Virus record (IMG/VR): IMGVR_UViG_3300037067_015270
Location: 32,001-96,000 of that record
DNA: 64,000 nt
From: a virus
Taxonomy: Duplodnaviria; Caudoviricetes
Direction: 5' to 3' (one strand)
Positions 19,226 through 28,721 of this stretch are shown here, piece by piece. The notes below the pieces were generated by a model. The model was given only the letters and a program-made list of their open reading frames with translations. It made no database searches and was not told the DNA's origin. Position 1 is the first letter of the stretch, and every line of letters starts with the position of its first letter. Position numbers and translations under genes: made by a program.

Positions 19226-19525
19226 ATGAACCGACGCAGCCTATTTAAATCTGCCGTAGCCGGGCTAGCTACTTTAACAGTACCGCAAATGACCCAACCA
19301 GAAACTCCTGAATCAGAAATGGTCTACAGACCAATCTGGCGTCTAGAGAACGGCACTTACGTAAGAGTTCGCATGCGTGATCTGAAGCCGAATGACATCG
19401 TCAAGGTCGTCTTCGACACCACCGGTGCCCCGGTAATCAACAAGTATGTCGTCATATCGACACCAAATCAGATAGACGACCTTGATGGTCATGAGAATTG
19501 GGCTGTAGGTCTGAAAATGGTCTAA
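19226..19525 (+). CDS. Small protein with a Tat-like signal peptide
   Basis: The start at 19226 follows a GAGG RBS and gives MNRRSLFKSAVAGLATL. Confidence 0.55.
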   Translation: MNRRSLFKSAVAGLATLTVPQMTQPETPESEMVYRPIWRLENGTYVRVRMRDLKPNDIVKVVFDTTGAPVINKYVVISTPNQIDDLDGHENWAVGLKMV

Positions 19526-19935
19526 TATCGGCGCTTGGCTCTCTCTATTAAATCAAGCACATTTCTATACAACTTTAGACCTTTCATCTCTTTGATAGTG
19601 AAAAATCCTAAAGAAGCGAATTCGTGATTCGGCTTCAATGTCTTGAAATCAGTAGTATTAGTACTACAAGGCACAAAAGCGACAAAACCCTTCCGCTTAT
19701 CTTTAATAGGCCCAGAAATAGACCGGCATTTAACACCTGTCTCTTCTCTAGTCTCTCTAACAGCTGCTTTTTCTGGCGTCTCGCCGGATTTAATACCACC
19801 TCCTGGAAAGACCCAAAGTCCATTTCGGTCATCATCTGATTTCGACAGTCCCAATAGCCATTTATTGTGACATCGGACTATACCGACAGCAGCCGTAAAT
19901 TCTTCCAATCCCTCAGTCAACAGTCTAAGTTTCAT
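19522..19935 (-). CDS. Nudix hydrolase
   Basis: Nudix box PGGGIKSGETPEKAAVRETREETG. Confidence 0.9.
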   Translation of the reverse strand: MKLRLLTEGLEEFTAAVGIVRCHNKWLLGLSKSDDDRNGLWVFPGGGIKSGETPEKAAVRETREETGVKCRSISGPIKDKRKGFVAFVPCSTNTTDFKTLKPNHEFASLGFFTIKEMKGLKLYRNVLDLIERAKRRY

Positions 19936-19937
19936 AT

Positions 19938-20258
19938 TTATTGCGATTTCTTTAAGATTGTGATGTCAAATATTTCAGACCGTGGGTACGGAACTCCATC
20001 AATAACTACAAATTCATAGACAAGTGGTGCAGACATAGCACCGGTGTCATAAATCCCACGTAATTCTATAGTTATAGTTGTATTGTCAGATATCTGTAAA
20101 CCAGTTACCTTAGTTTGTCCGATGTCAGAGGCGTTTATTGTCCTAAATAATACTCCATCAACTAAAACTTGCATTTCGCGAGTAATAATATCAGATTTTT
20201 TGAGAGAATCAGGAATAACTATTATTAAGTCGATTTTTCCATTCATCATTATCTCCAA
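19938..20258 (-). CDS. Hypothetical protein
   Basis: 106 aa ORF in an operon with the Nudix gene. Confidence 0.55.
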   Translation of the reverse strand: MEIMMNGKIDLIIVIPDSLKKSDIITREMQVLVDGVLFRTINASDIGQTKVTGLQISDNTTITIELRGIYDTGAMSAPLVYEFVVIDGVPYPRSEIFDITILKKSQ

Positions 20259-20342
20259 TGAATAGTATCTATATAGTCAGCCATCATTATATTTTTGAAA
20301 GATAGACTCTCTAACTAGTCAAAATTATTATTGGAGTAAGCA

Positions 20343-21755
20343 ATGGTTCCATTAAATCTAGTGAAAAGTAAAAAGCGTAAATCTAAAAAAGAGACTCCAT
20401 GGGAGCCAGAGTATCGCACAGCAAAGCGTGATCTAAGCAGCGTAATAAGTGCGAATGAGCCCGGACTTCCAGGAATACACAGTGTAAAGAAAACATCAAC
20501 CTTACCCAAGGAATTATCCTGGGGCCACATGCGAGAGGACAAAATAATGGCATCTCAAACCATAGAAAACAAATTAAATAAAGCTCTTGAACCATTAATA
20601 ACTAACGCTAGATTTAACGATGATAATACTCAAATCGCGCTAGAAGAGATGATGCGCATTACAGCGTCCCCAAGACGATTTGATGATAAGAATCAATTTT
20701 CACAATTTCTTACAGAAGGTGTTGTGTTAAATATCAATAGATTAGTATCACAAAGTATAGGAATTCCACAGGGCGAATATGTCTTATATAATATTACAGC
20801 AGAAAAAGCTATGCTCGTCCCAACAGCCGAAGTCACTGTCCAAGAAACTGATTTCACTAAGTCGCCAAAAATATTCGAAATCCACACCAAAAAATTGCTT
20901 GGTTGCTGGAATAAGATCGAAGGCACAATAACAGAAGATGAGAATATCGAGCAGACAAATAGACCACCAAAACGCTTTGGTCGCAAAGAAATAGAGCAAA
21001 CAGCTAAATCAAAATATCAGAGCGTACCAGAGGTTGTGTCAGCCCTTGAAAAGGCAGGCAAAACACAGGAAGAGGTAGCAGATGAAATTGGTGTTCATCC
21101 ATCTACAGTTAGCAGATATAAACGTGCTACTAGTAAAAAGGGTGGTCGTATCCCAAGTCTCGGTGCCGCCTTAAAGCTTGCTGATGCTACTGGCGGTGAT
21201 ATTGAAGCCATGTTTGGCAATGTTGAGCAGCCAACAAAACATAGAGCCACGAGCGGTAGTGGCGGTGGCCATAATCCTACATTTAGACAAGGTAATGTAG
21301 GTGAATCAATAGTGCGCGAATCGACAAATGACCAAGAATTCTCAATCGAACGCGCAGAAGCTGCGGTAGCTCGTGCAGAAGCAGCTGCGGCTTCTGCGGG
21401 TAGATGGCATCAAGGAAGCGGAATTCACGCCGATGAAATGCTTGGTCTAGCAGAAACGCATGCTGAATTAGCAATGTCGGCGGATGCAATGATCGCAGCA
21501 CAGCATGCCGACGCCGCAGAGAAAGCCGCAGTTGCAGCGGAAGCTGAAGCAGAATTCTTACGTGATTGCAGTGGTGAAGGCTTTGGTGACGAAGCTTATG
21601 AATCATGGAAACAATCAAAATCAGGAATAGCCACACAAATTGCCATAGAAGCGAGTAGAGCATTAGGTGTAGATATGTCAGATTTTGATGATATTGATGA
21701 CGAGTCAGATTTTGATGATATTGATGACGAGTCAGATTTTGATGACTTAATATAA
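20343..21755 (+). CDS. XRE-family HTH domain protein with Ala-rich and acidic tail
   Basis: KTQEEVADEIGVHPSTVSRYK...PSLGAALKLADA. Confidence 0.7.
   Translation: MVPLNLVKSKKRKSKKETPWEPEYRTAKRDLSSVISANEPGLPGIHSVKKTSTLPKELSWGHMREDKIMASQTIENKLNKALEPLITNARFNDDNTQIALEEMMRITASPRRFDDKNQFSQFLTEGVVLNINRLVSQSIGIPQGEYVLYNITAEKAMLVPTAEVTVQETDFTKSPKIFEIHTKKLLGCWNKIEGTITEDENIEQTNRPPKRFGRKEIEQTAKSKYQSVPEVVSALEKAGKTQEEVADEIGVHPSTVSRYKRATSKKGGRIPSLGAALKLADATGGDIEAMFGNVEQPTKHRATSGSGGGHNPTFRQGNVGESIVRESTNDQEFSIERAEAAVARAEAAAASAGRWHQGSGIHADEMLGLAETHAELAMSADAMIAAQHADAAEKAAVAAEAEAEFLRDCSGEGFGDEAYESWKQSKSGIATQIAIEASRALGVDMSDFDDIDDESDFDDIDDESDFDDLI
21677..21744 (+). repeat. 27 bp tandem repeat, about 2.5 copies, encoding SDFDDIDDE
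   Basis: GTCAGATTTTGATGATATTGATGACGA repeated directly. Confidence 0.85.
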
Positions 21756-21832
21756 GCGATCTGACAAACTCATATCAAATATACTGGTTCTAATTACTTA
21801 ATTTTGCATCCGAATAGTAAATAATATATTTC

Positions 21833-22276
21833 GTGCAACAACCGGAGTATATTATGTATATAGAGCCAGTACCAATTGGCGGCACTTACGATAAATCTTG
21901 CACTGTCTTCGAAATCAAATTATACGACCACCTCAATCACATAAATCCAACTGACTTTGGGTTATCGGATATACCGAGTCTTAATCCAGAAATGTACTAT
22001 GTTACGAGTGGTGATGCAATATGTAAAACAATACAACTACAAAAAGACTTGTGGATATTAATCGGCAAAATACGACAGATAGCTAACAAAAAATCGACTA
22101 AAAAACTATCTGCATATCTCAAAGCCCTCTATAGCTGTGCCTCGAAATCCCAGGTACTTATCAACAAGCTAAAAATAGCAAAAGGTGATGCAGTTTTTCT
22201 TGAAACAGAGTGGCGAGATAGATGCGTGATATGCGTTGCGAAGAATCCGCGCCCCAAATTAAAGAATATAGAATAA
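21833..22276 (+). CDS. Hypothetical protein
   Basis: 147 aa ORF. Confidence 0.55.
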   Translation: MQQPEYIMYIEPVPIGGTYDKSCTVFEIKLYDHLNHINPTDFGLSDIPSLNPEMYYVTSGDAICKTIQLQKDLWILIGKIRQIANKKSTKKLSAYLKALYSCASKSQVLINKLKIAKGDAVFLETEWRDRCVICVAKNPRPKLKNIE

Positions 22277-22483
22277 AGATATACTATGAAGTTGTGCGAG
22301 AACAATCTCGAAAGCGACGAATCTAATAATCGCAGTGCTAACGATCTTGATAAAGAACTAGAGAAATTGCTTATTGATTTAGACAGATTACGTATTCTGC
22401 ACAATCAATCTGTCGATATATAGAATAAAACATCTTTGCGAGTGTATTTAATGGATATACATCAACGAACCTAGGGAAATAAA

Positions 22484-23197
22484 ATGCATCAAGGATTATA
22501 TATCGTTTTCGAGGGCATGGACTATAGTGGTAAGTCTACTCTTGCTCATATGGTTATGGAGGAATTGCGAAATATAGAACCAAATTGTGTTCTAACCAGC
22601 CATCCTGGTGCAACTCCGCTCGGCAAGCATATCCGCAAATTGGTAAAAACACCAGAAGCATTCAACATTCCTGGTGAAGAACCAATCGCCGTCGATAGTA
22701 TGTCAGCACAAATGATGATGATGGTTGACCACAGTTGCTTCGTCAATACGAAGCTGATACCTCATCTTGAGGAAGGTGGTACAATGCTCGCAGACCGTTC
22801 AAACTACATCAGTTGCATCGTGTATGGTGTGGCCGAAGGTTTGAAATTGACAGAAATTAATAAATTACTTGGTCTTGTGCAATCACCTGTTCCAGATAGA
22901 GTGTTTATCATTTCAAATCGATGGGAAACGATTGTCGAGCGAATGAAAAAATCTGACAATCGTGCCAAAACAGATAGATTCGACAGTAATGTAGAGTTAC
23001 TGCGAAAGGTTGGCGAATTGTACGATAATCTTCTTTCATTAAACCCAGAAGCACTAATAATGCTGTCAAGATATGTCCCGCTTGAACATATCAAGTATCT
23101 TAATGGCGACACACCAGCCATAGAAATGGCAAAATCAATAGTACAACAAATAGTGCGACTTTCCAACGAGAAGCTGGCGAATAGGCTCGCCCAGTAA
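22484..23197 (+). CDS. tmk: Thymidylate kinase
   Basis: FEGMDYSGKST P-loop, HPGATPLG, LADR, PD. Confidence 0.9.
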   Translation: MHQGLYIVFEGMDYSGKSTLAHMVMEELRNIEPNCVLTSHPGATPLGKHIRKLVKTPEAFNIPGEEPIAVDSMSAQMMMMVDHSCFVNTKLIPHLEEGGTMLADRSNYISCIVYGVAEGLKLTEINKLLGLVQSPVPDRVFIISNRWETIVERMKKSDNRAKTDRFDSNVELLRKVGELYDNLLSLNPEALIMLSRYVPLEHIKYLNGDTPAIEMAKSIVQQIVRLSNEKLANRLAQ

Positions 23198-23510
23198 GTC
23201 CACGTAAACGCTCCCTACGTTGTGCTTTCAGATGCATTAACTTTTCTGCTGCCAGAACTTCTTCCTCAGTAATTGGTTTAGCTTCTACAAAGCGTAGACC
23301 TTTACTGTGCAAATTGTGCCTTATCTTATTGAATTCTATATAGACATTATCTGGTCCTATCTTAACTACAAAAGTCTGTATTTTATCACTGTGGTCAACC
23401 GCAACACATCGCCACCAACGTAGTTGCGACACATCAAAATTATCATTCATATCGCTCATAGGAATTGAAATACAAATGGACCCAACACTGGTATTTCCTC
23501 TCGCTGACAA
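23100..23510 (-). CDS. Hypothetical protein with a C-terminal membrane anchor
   Basis: Fills the tmk-dut gap on the opposite strand. C-terminal hydrophobic helix. Confidence 0.45.
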   Translation of the reverse strand: MSARGNTSVGSICISIPMSDMNDNFDVSQLRWWRCVAVDHSDKIQTFVVKIGPDNVYIEFNKIRHNLHSKGLRFVEAKPITEEEVLAAEKLMHLKAQRRERLRGLTGRAYSPASRWKVALFVVLLILPFLWLVCRH

Positions 23511-23967
23511 AACAATAATGCATCAATGGCCTATTGATTACGTACGTCTTGAATATAAGTTAATACATAAAGATGCGCGAATACCATGCCGCAAAAGATT
23601 AACGGATGCGGGTTATGATGTCGCGTCGATTGAAGATGTTATTATAAAACCACATAATACAATGAACATCAAGACTGGGATTATTGTGGTGTGTCCGCCC
23701 GGTTTCTATATCACGATTGACGGAAGATCTGGGATGTGGACCAATGGCGTCACGCCTTTTCGTGCTATTATCGACGGCACATATACTGGAGAAATGATGG
23801 TACGGCTCATGAATATCTCAGATAAGGAATATCATGTCAAGAAATATGATAGAATAGCACAAATGATTATACATGAAGTTATTAATGCAGCTTTTGATGA
23901 AGTCAAGGAATTCAGTGCAGAATACAATCAAAGAGGAGAGGCAGGGTTTGGAAGCTCCGGTAGATAA
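23476..23967 (+). CDS. dut: Trimeric dUTPase
   Basis: DAGYD, GRSG, IIDGTYTGE, RIAQ, RGEAGFGSSG. Confidence 0.92.
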   Translation: MDPTLVFPLADKTIMHQWPIDYVRLEYKLIHKDARIPCRKRLTDAGYDVASIEDVIIKPHNTMNIKTGIIVVCPPGFYITIDGRSGMWTNGVTPFRAIIDGTYTGEMMVRLMNISDKEYHVKKYDRIAQMIIHEVINAAFDEVKEFSAEYNQRGEAGFGSSGR

Positions 23968-24037
23968 ATATCCAAATCCCAACGTCCCAAAAAGTAATTG
24001 TATTGTGACTAACTAACAGAGCAAAATAATTAACATC

Positions 24038-24334
24038 ATGCTTGTAGTGATTTACGGTAAAGCAATAGATGATAAAGAATTAGGAATTTATATTGAGGGT
24101 GTGTTTTTTGGTGGTATAGCGAGCACCCCAGAAGAAGCAGACCAACTAGCAAAAGACTGTGTAAACCATACGATAGGAGGCGTGGCGATACCGAGAATAA
24201 TTCCAATCGGCAATAAAAATTTACATGAAATCTTCCGCGAAGCTAAAATTCGTTTCGATAAAATTGAAAGAGAGATGGTGGAAACGGAAGACATCTTATT
24301 AGCTAATCAGCAGCGATATAAAAACAAAAAATAG
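24038..24334 (+). CDS. Hypothetical protein
   Basis: 98 aa ORF. Confidence 0.6.
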   Translation: MLVVIYGKAIDDKELGIYIEGVFFGGIASTPEEADQLAKDCVNHTIGGVAIPRIIPIGNKNLHEIFREAKIRFDKIEREMVETEDILLANQQRYKNKK

Positions 24335-24422
24335 CCTTTCCAGTTTCTCCTTTGTTTTCCTTTAAGTATTGATTATCTCAGCGTCTTTCTAGAGTGGTTT
24401 GAAAATAAGACGCAAAAAGATG

Positions 24423-24740
24423 CTACACAGACTTTCTAAGATACTTATAGTAGATAATCATCGTTAACCATATAGTATTGGCGACGGCTAATACGAATCC
24501 ACCGATAAAAGAAATAAATTGCCCGAGATATGAGTAATAATACAAATTCCAATATCCCCAAACAACGAAGAATGATATAGCAGGCCAAGAAATACCTTTT
24601 ACTGCTTTGTCTTTATAAAGAGTTTGAATATGCAAGAACACAAACCAACCACCAAGAAACTCAAACAATCCATTAATTATATCTGGCACTCTAGACTTTC
24701 CTATGACATATTGTCTGCTTAGTATAATACTCTGGATCAC
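24423..24740 (-). CDS. Small three-helix membrane protein (PQ-loop/SemiSWEET-like)
   Basis: LYKDKAVKGISWPAISFFVVWGYWNLYYY. True start is probably the GTG near 24689. Confidence 0.55.
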   Translation of the reverse strand: MIQSIILSRQYVIGKSRVPDIINGLFEFLGGWFVFLHIQTLYKDKAVKGISWPAISFFVVWGYWNLYYYSYLGQFISFIGGFVLAVANTIWLTMIIYYKYLRKSV

Positions 24741-26211
24741 GCCATTTAGCTTTCATTGCACAGCTATGGCAGCGGTATGGAAGCTTCAGTGATTTTCTCT
24801 TAATGCGTTTCTTAGTACCGCACTCACATATCACATCGACATATTCTTCCATATTAGTGTCTATTCTTTTCGGCTTATTTTTATATATGCCGTTTTCCCA
24901 ACATTTCGAAATACTGCAAGAGTGGCATATATATGCGCCATGACGTTGTACAGATTTTGCTAATGCTTTCTTAGAAACGAGAAATTCGCAACCACATTTT
25001 GAACATACAGTGCTGAATTGTGTGATTTTCTCGACAACTTGCACATCTGTTTTACGCATCCAGAATATGAATCTATTTTTAGGTTCTGTGTCGACACGCG
25101 CCAAATTACGCTGTTCTGCATATTTTTTCTCTGTCAACCCAAATTTTCTAGAATAATCCCACACTACCTTTTTATGAATCAAACCCCCATTTACATCTCT
25201 ATAATAGTAACTAGGCTTTGTCTTTCCATCACAAATCCAGTTACTAGCTGTATAAATTGTACCATCATGCCCAAAATGTGTATCGGCAAAAGAAACAACC
25301 AATGATATTTCTGGTTTATTTATTTTAAGCATCTTCAAGCATCGACTTATTGTCCAGCTCGCCAAATTTTTAACGTGATATGAATCATGTAATACAAATC
25401 TGGATAATTCGACCACTTTAGATGCCGGAACACCATGTCTGTTAACGACCGAATTATAGCTTGGTTGCGCAAATATCGCAGCCCCGATTAATTTAATATT
25501 ATGATATAGCCCGATACATATCTTTGTGTTTTTACGAAAGTTCGGCAGATAATGATAACTGTTTAAAAATTCAATGGCTGTATCTTGCTTGATAATATCT
25601 AACCTCAACTCACTAAAATTCACATCTATTGTTTCGATTTCAATGCCAATAATTGATCGAATGATAGACGCAATACATCCCTTTGATATTGTATCGCATT
25701 CTTGTATATATCTTAATTGCAGATCTTGATAGTTATGCTCAATAAAAGACGCCTTTGATAAATCATTAGCAATATTATTTGGTAGTGAGTGCCAATACTC
25801 ACCTTGCACTTCTAATAATATTTTAAAATCAGGCAAATAAAAGTCGAATGTATAAGGACCAAAAACTTGTTGTTTTATGAATCTTACTTTGATCGAATCC
25901 AATACTGCTGCTACCGCTAGCTCTGGCTTAGTATCATATTTTTTAATTTGTGCTGGTAGCTCACCAGATTTTCTTCTTTTAGCAACGTTTAAAGCATTTT
26001 CACGTGCTCTAGATTTATGCAACTCAGAATTAAAATATACGGAGCGTTTTGCTTTAGCTGAATCCGTTTGTAGCCTATCGACTTTCTTGGAAGCGGCCAC
26101 CATGGCTGGGGTGGGATTTTTACATCGTTCCTTGATATATCTAGATATTTTACAAGCTAAACAATCTGGATCAGACCCTTTTATGTGACCGTATTTACAA
26201 TACTTTGACAT
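24691..26211 (-). CDS. DUF559/Vsr-like endonuclease + Mom-like GNAT + Zn ribbons
   Basis: TKPE...FDFYLPDFKILLEVQGEYWH nuclease motif, ELSRF, VSFADTHFGHDGTIYTASNW, and C-terminal CxxC pairs. Confidence 0.7.
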   Translation of the reverse strand: MSKYCKYGHIKGSDPDCLACKISRYIKERCKNPTPAMVAASKKVDRLQTDSAKAKRSVYFNSELHKSRARENALNVAKRRKSGELPAQIKKYDTKPELAVAAVLDSIKVRFIKQQVFGPYTFDFYLPDFKILLEVQGEYWHSLPNNIANDLSKASFIEHNYQDLQLRYIQECDTISKGCIASIIRSIIGIEIETIDVNFSELRLDIIKQDTAIEFLNSYHYLPNFRKNTKICIGLYHNIKLIGAAIFAQPSYNSVVNRHGVPASKVVELSRFVLHDSYHVKNLASWTISRCLKMLKINKPEISLVVSFADTHFGHDGTIYTASNWICDGKTKPSYYYRDVNGGLIHKKVVWDYSRKFGLTEKKYAEQRNLARVDTEPKNRFIFWMRKTDVQVVEKITQFSTVCSKCGCEFLVSKKALAKSVQRHGAYICHSCSISKCWENGIYKNKPKRIDTNMEEYVDVICECGTKKRIKRKSLKLPYRCHSCAMKAKWRDPEYYTKQTICHRKV

Positions 26212-26247
26212 GGTGAGTTTTATCTTTATTTACTCACCGCTAATTCT

Positions 26248-28677
26248 CTACGCTAATTCCAATTGCCCGTGTTGGTATTCTGAGTATGCTCTGTCATATC
26301 CTCGAAGAACAATACGGCGCAATTTGCATCCTGGGAACATACGCATGCCGAATTTTCCCATAGGTGTTTCTCTAGTAATCGGAAAATACGGAGTAGAAAT
26401 TGCGACTGGTGTAGGTAGTATTCCGCTAGCATCAGTACTTGGTGGAATCAATAAACCATTCCACCATATCCAGACCTGACTACCGCGTTGCATAATTTCT
26501 AATTCATTCCAATATTCAACATTACCAGTCGTATCGGGCGACAAACCATATCCACCATCATAAACGATGAAACCGGGTACATTTACCACTGGTAGTGTTC
26601 CACTACCATTATAAGTGGCGTCTTGAATATATGTGCCGCTTACTGCATATCCAGCAGCAAGACCACGCACAAAATCGTCATCAGATGATATTGTTGCCCC
26701 TTCATAGTCAATACCAACGTCAAGAGTGCCGACCTTGAAGTACAATTCAACTTTACCATCGGACGTCAAGTTGAAATTAAGCCTTACACAAGGACAGCTA
26801 TATTCTTGATGAAGAATTTGTGCTATCTCAGTAACGAGCCCAACAAATGGAGTTGACCCTATGAGTGCTACTACGTCTTCGGCGTGCAACGAGCACATCG
26901 CCTTATAATCAAAATGCCAAGTAGTACCAGCATTCAAACCAGTAAGCAATCTCAGTGTACCATTTTGTGGCAATTCTTGAAAACTAGATCCACGCAGAAG
27001 AACATAATATCCAGTACCACTAGCGAGCGGACCGGTTTCAACAACATTCAAAAAATACTCTTCATTACTATCGATCGGTGCATTTAGTAATATATCATAT
27101 GGTGGATAGACACCCGTTTCTGATGGTCTACCCATTTCAATATTAGCTAAACAAGAAGATCCGATATGTCTGTTCCAAAGACATACAGGCCGCTGTCGAT
27201 AGCTATCTGTCGATGACTGCCTATCGACACGTAAACCTGGAAGAGTAATATCAATATTGGCGATATACTGGTCGTTGACATCGAATATCATGATCTCCGA
27301 GCCAGAAGTTCCACCAGATGCCGTATCTGTAGTTTCAGTTAATAGATATGGTGGATCGATGCCTGTCATACCCCATATTTTATGTTCGAAATTACGAACA
27401 TCATTAACTAATTCATAATCAAAAGTCGCCGTTGGCGTTGTTGGTTCAGTTCTGGCAGTTAACTGGGTACCAAATTCAACACCACCAACCTCAGACCAAA
27501 CATTTGCTGCATCTAAACTCGGTTTGCAATTGAAAACATATTGACGAATCGGTACATCGTTCACTGATCCGACTTGGAAAAACCACATATCAACAATTGT
27601 ACCGACCGGTAAGACTCCAATCGTCTTGTCTAGTACTAATGCTTTACTATTCACACCACCTTCGGGATAGCTATATTGCCAAACGTTTGTCGCAGTGAAT
27701 GACGTATTATCTGCGACAGTAGCGCCATGTACATCCCACCATTTACAAACATATTGATTGGTTGATAGTACCTGAGTAGTGTAGTCTGTGATAACAGCAG
27801 AGCGTTTTGTTAATAGATTACCATTATAAAGCAGTCCACCCAAAATCCCTGGGGTTGCTTCCATATCGAGATCAAAGCGAATCTGATCTCCATTGCTATC
27901 ACTTCCCATAAACCATACACATTCGGGAGTAGCACCAGCGCCGGGCGTAAATGCCCATCCAACATTAGTTTGTGTATTATTAGAAGTTGCACGTTTCAAT
28001 ACCAGCTCAAATTCACCGACGCCAGGAGCAACGGAATCATCATAACGCTTAAAAATCAATGAAGGATATGAAGTTTTCTTGTTAAGTGACGTAGCTGGAT
28101 CAGATGTGTCTACAATCATAGATTCTGGCATAAGGTAGACCTTCATCTCACCATATGTGCTTGTTCCTGGTAATTTCCCAGCACATGATGGTGGTCTAAT
28201 AGATGACGTCTCTGTTTCATCCTGAACCCAGTAAATTGAAGCACAAGTTTCGACGTTGCAACTTAATGGAATTGGTGAATCTACAGTCCACCGAATAACA
28301 TTACCGAATCTCTCAATGGAGACGAATTCACTACCCGCAGCTAAAATAACGTCACCCTGTAGCCAGCCACCATCGTCAGGGAAGCCTCCACCCTGAAACC
28401 CAACAATGCCTAGTCTCATCTGTGTAAGTGCATCAAGCTTACATTTGTCATCTGCTGCCATCAAGCCCATCGTATCGCATGTAGCGACAGGGACGGGGTC
28501 AGATGAGATGTGGCTAGTACCGTGAATACCTATTTGGCTGATTTGGCTATCGCGACCCCACAAAGATCGTGTCTCAGCGTCATAAGCGAATCCGCTAATA
28601 ATATCGTCAGGACCGCTAACCTGTATCCATTGTTTATCGACTAACGATGAATGCAGGGGTATTTTTGTCAATGGCAT
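26248..28677 (-). CDS. Putative tail/tail-fibre protein
   Basis: ATCDTMGLMAADDKCKLD tail-fibre motif. Lectin-like C-terminus (WNELEIMQRGSQVWIWWNG). Confidence 0.6.
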   Translation of the reverse strand: MPLTKIPLHSSLVDKQWIQVSGPDDIISGFAYDAETRSLWGRDSQISQIGIHGTSHISSDPVPVATCDTMGLMAADDKCKLDALTQMRLGIVGFQGGGFPDDGGWLQGDVILAAGSEFVSIERFGNVIRWTVDSPIPLSCNVETCASIYWVQDETETSSIRPPSCAGKLPGTSTYGEMKVYLMPESMIVDTSDPATSLNKKTSYPSLIFKRYDDSVAPGVGEFELVLKRATSNNTQTNVGWAFTPGAGATPECVWFMGSDSNGDQIRFDLDMEATPGILGGLLYNGNLLTKRSAVITDYTTQVLSTNQYVCKWWDVHGATVADNTSFTATNVWQYSYPEGGVNSKALVLDKTIGVLPVGTIVDMWFFQVGSVNDVPIRQYVFNCKPSLDAANVWSEVGGVEFGTQLTARTEPTTPTATFDYELVNDVRNFEHKIWGMTGIDPPYLLTETTDTASGGTSGSEIMIFDVNDQYIANIDITLPGLRVDRQSSTDSYRQRPVCLWNRHIGSSCLANIEMGRPSETGVYPPYDILLNAPIDSNEEYFLNVVETGPLASGTGYYVLLRGSSFQELPQNGTLRLLTGLNAGTTWHFDYKAMCSLHAEDVVALIGSTPFVGLVTEIAQILHQEYSCPCVRLNFNLTSDGKVELYFKVGTLDVGIDYEGATISSDDDFVRGLAAGYAVSGTYIQDATYNGSGTLPVVNVPGFIVYDGGYGLSPDTTGNVEYWNELEIMQRGSQVWIWWNGLLIPPSTDASGILPTPVAISTPYFPITRETPMGKFGMRMFPGCKLRRIVLRGYDRAYSEYQHGQLELA

Positions 28678-28721
28678 GCTTGTATCTCCAAAATTTCATT
28701 TGTATCTTTGGATGGTGGCGA

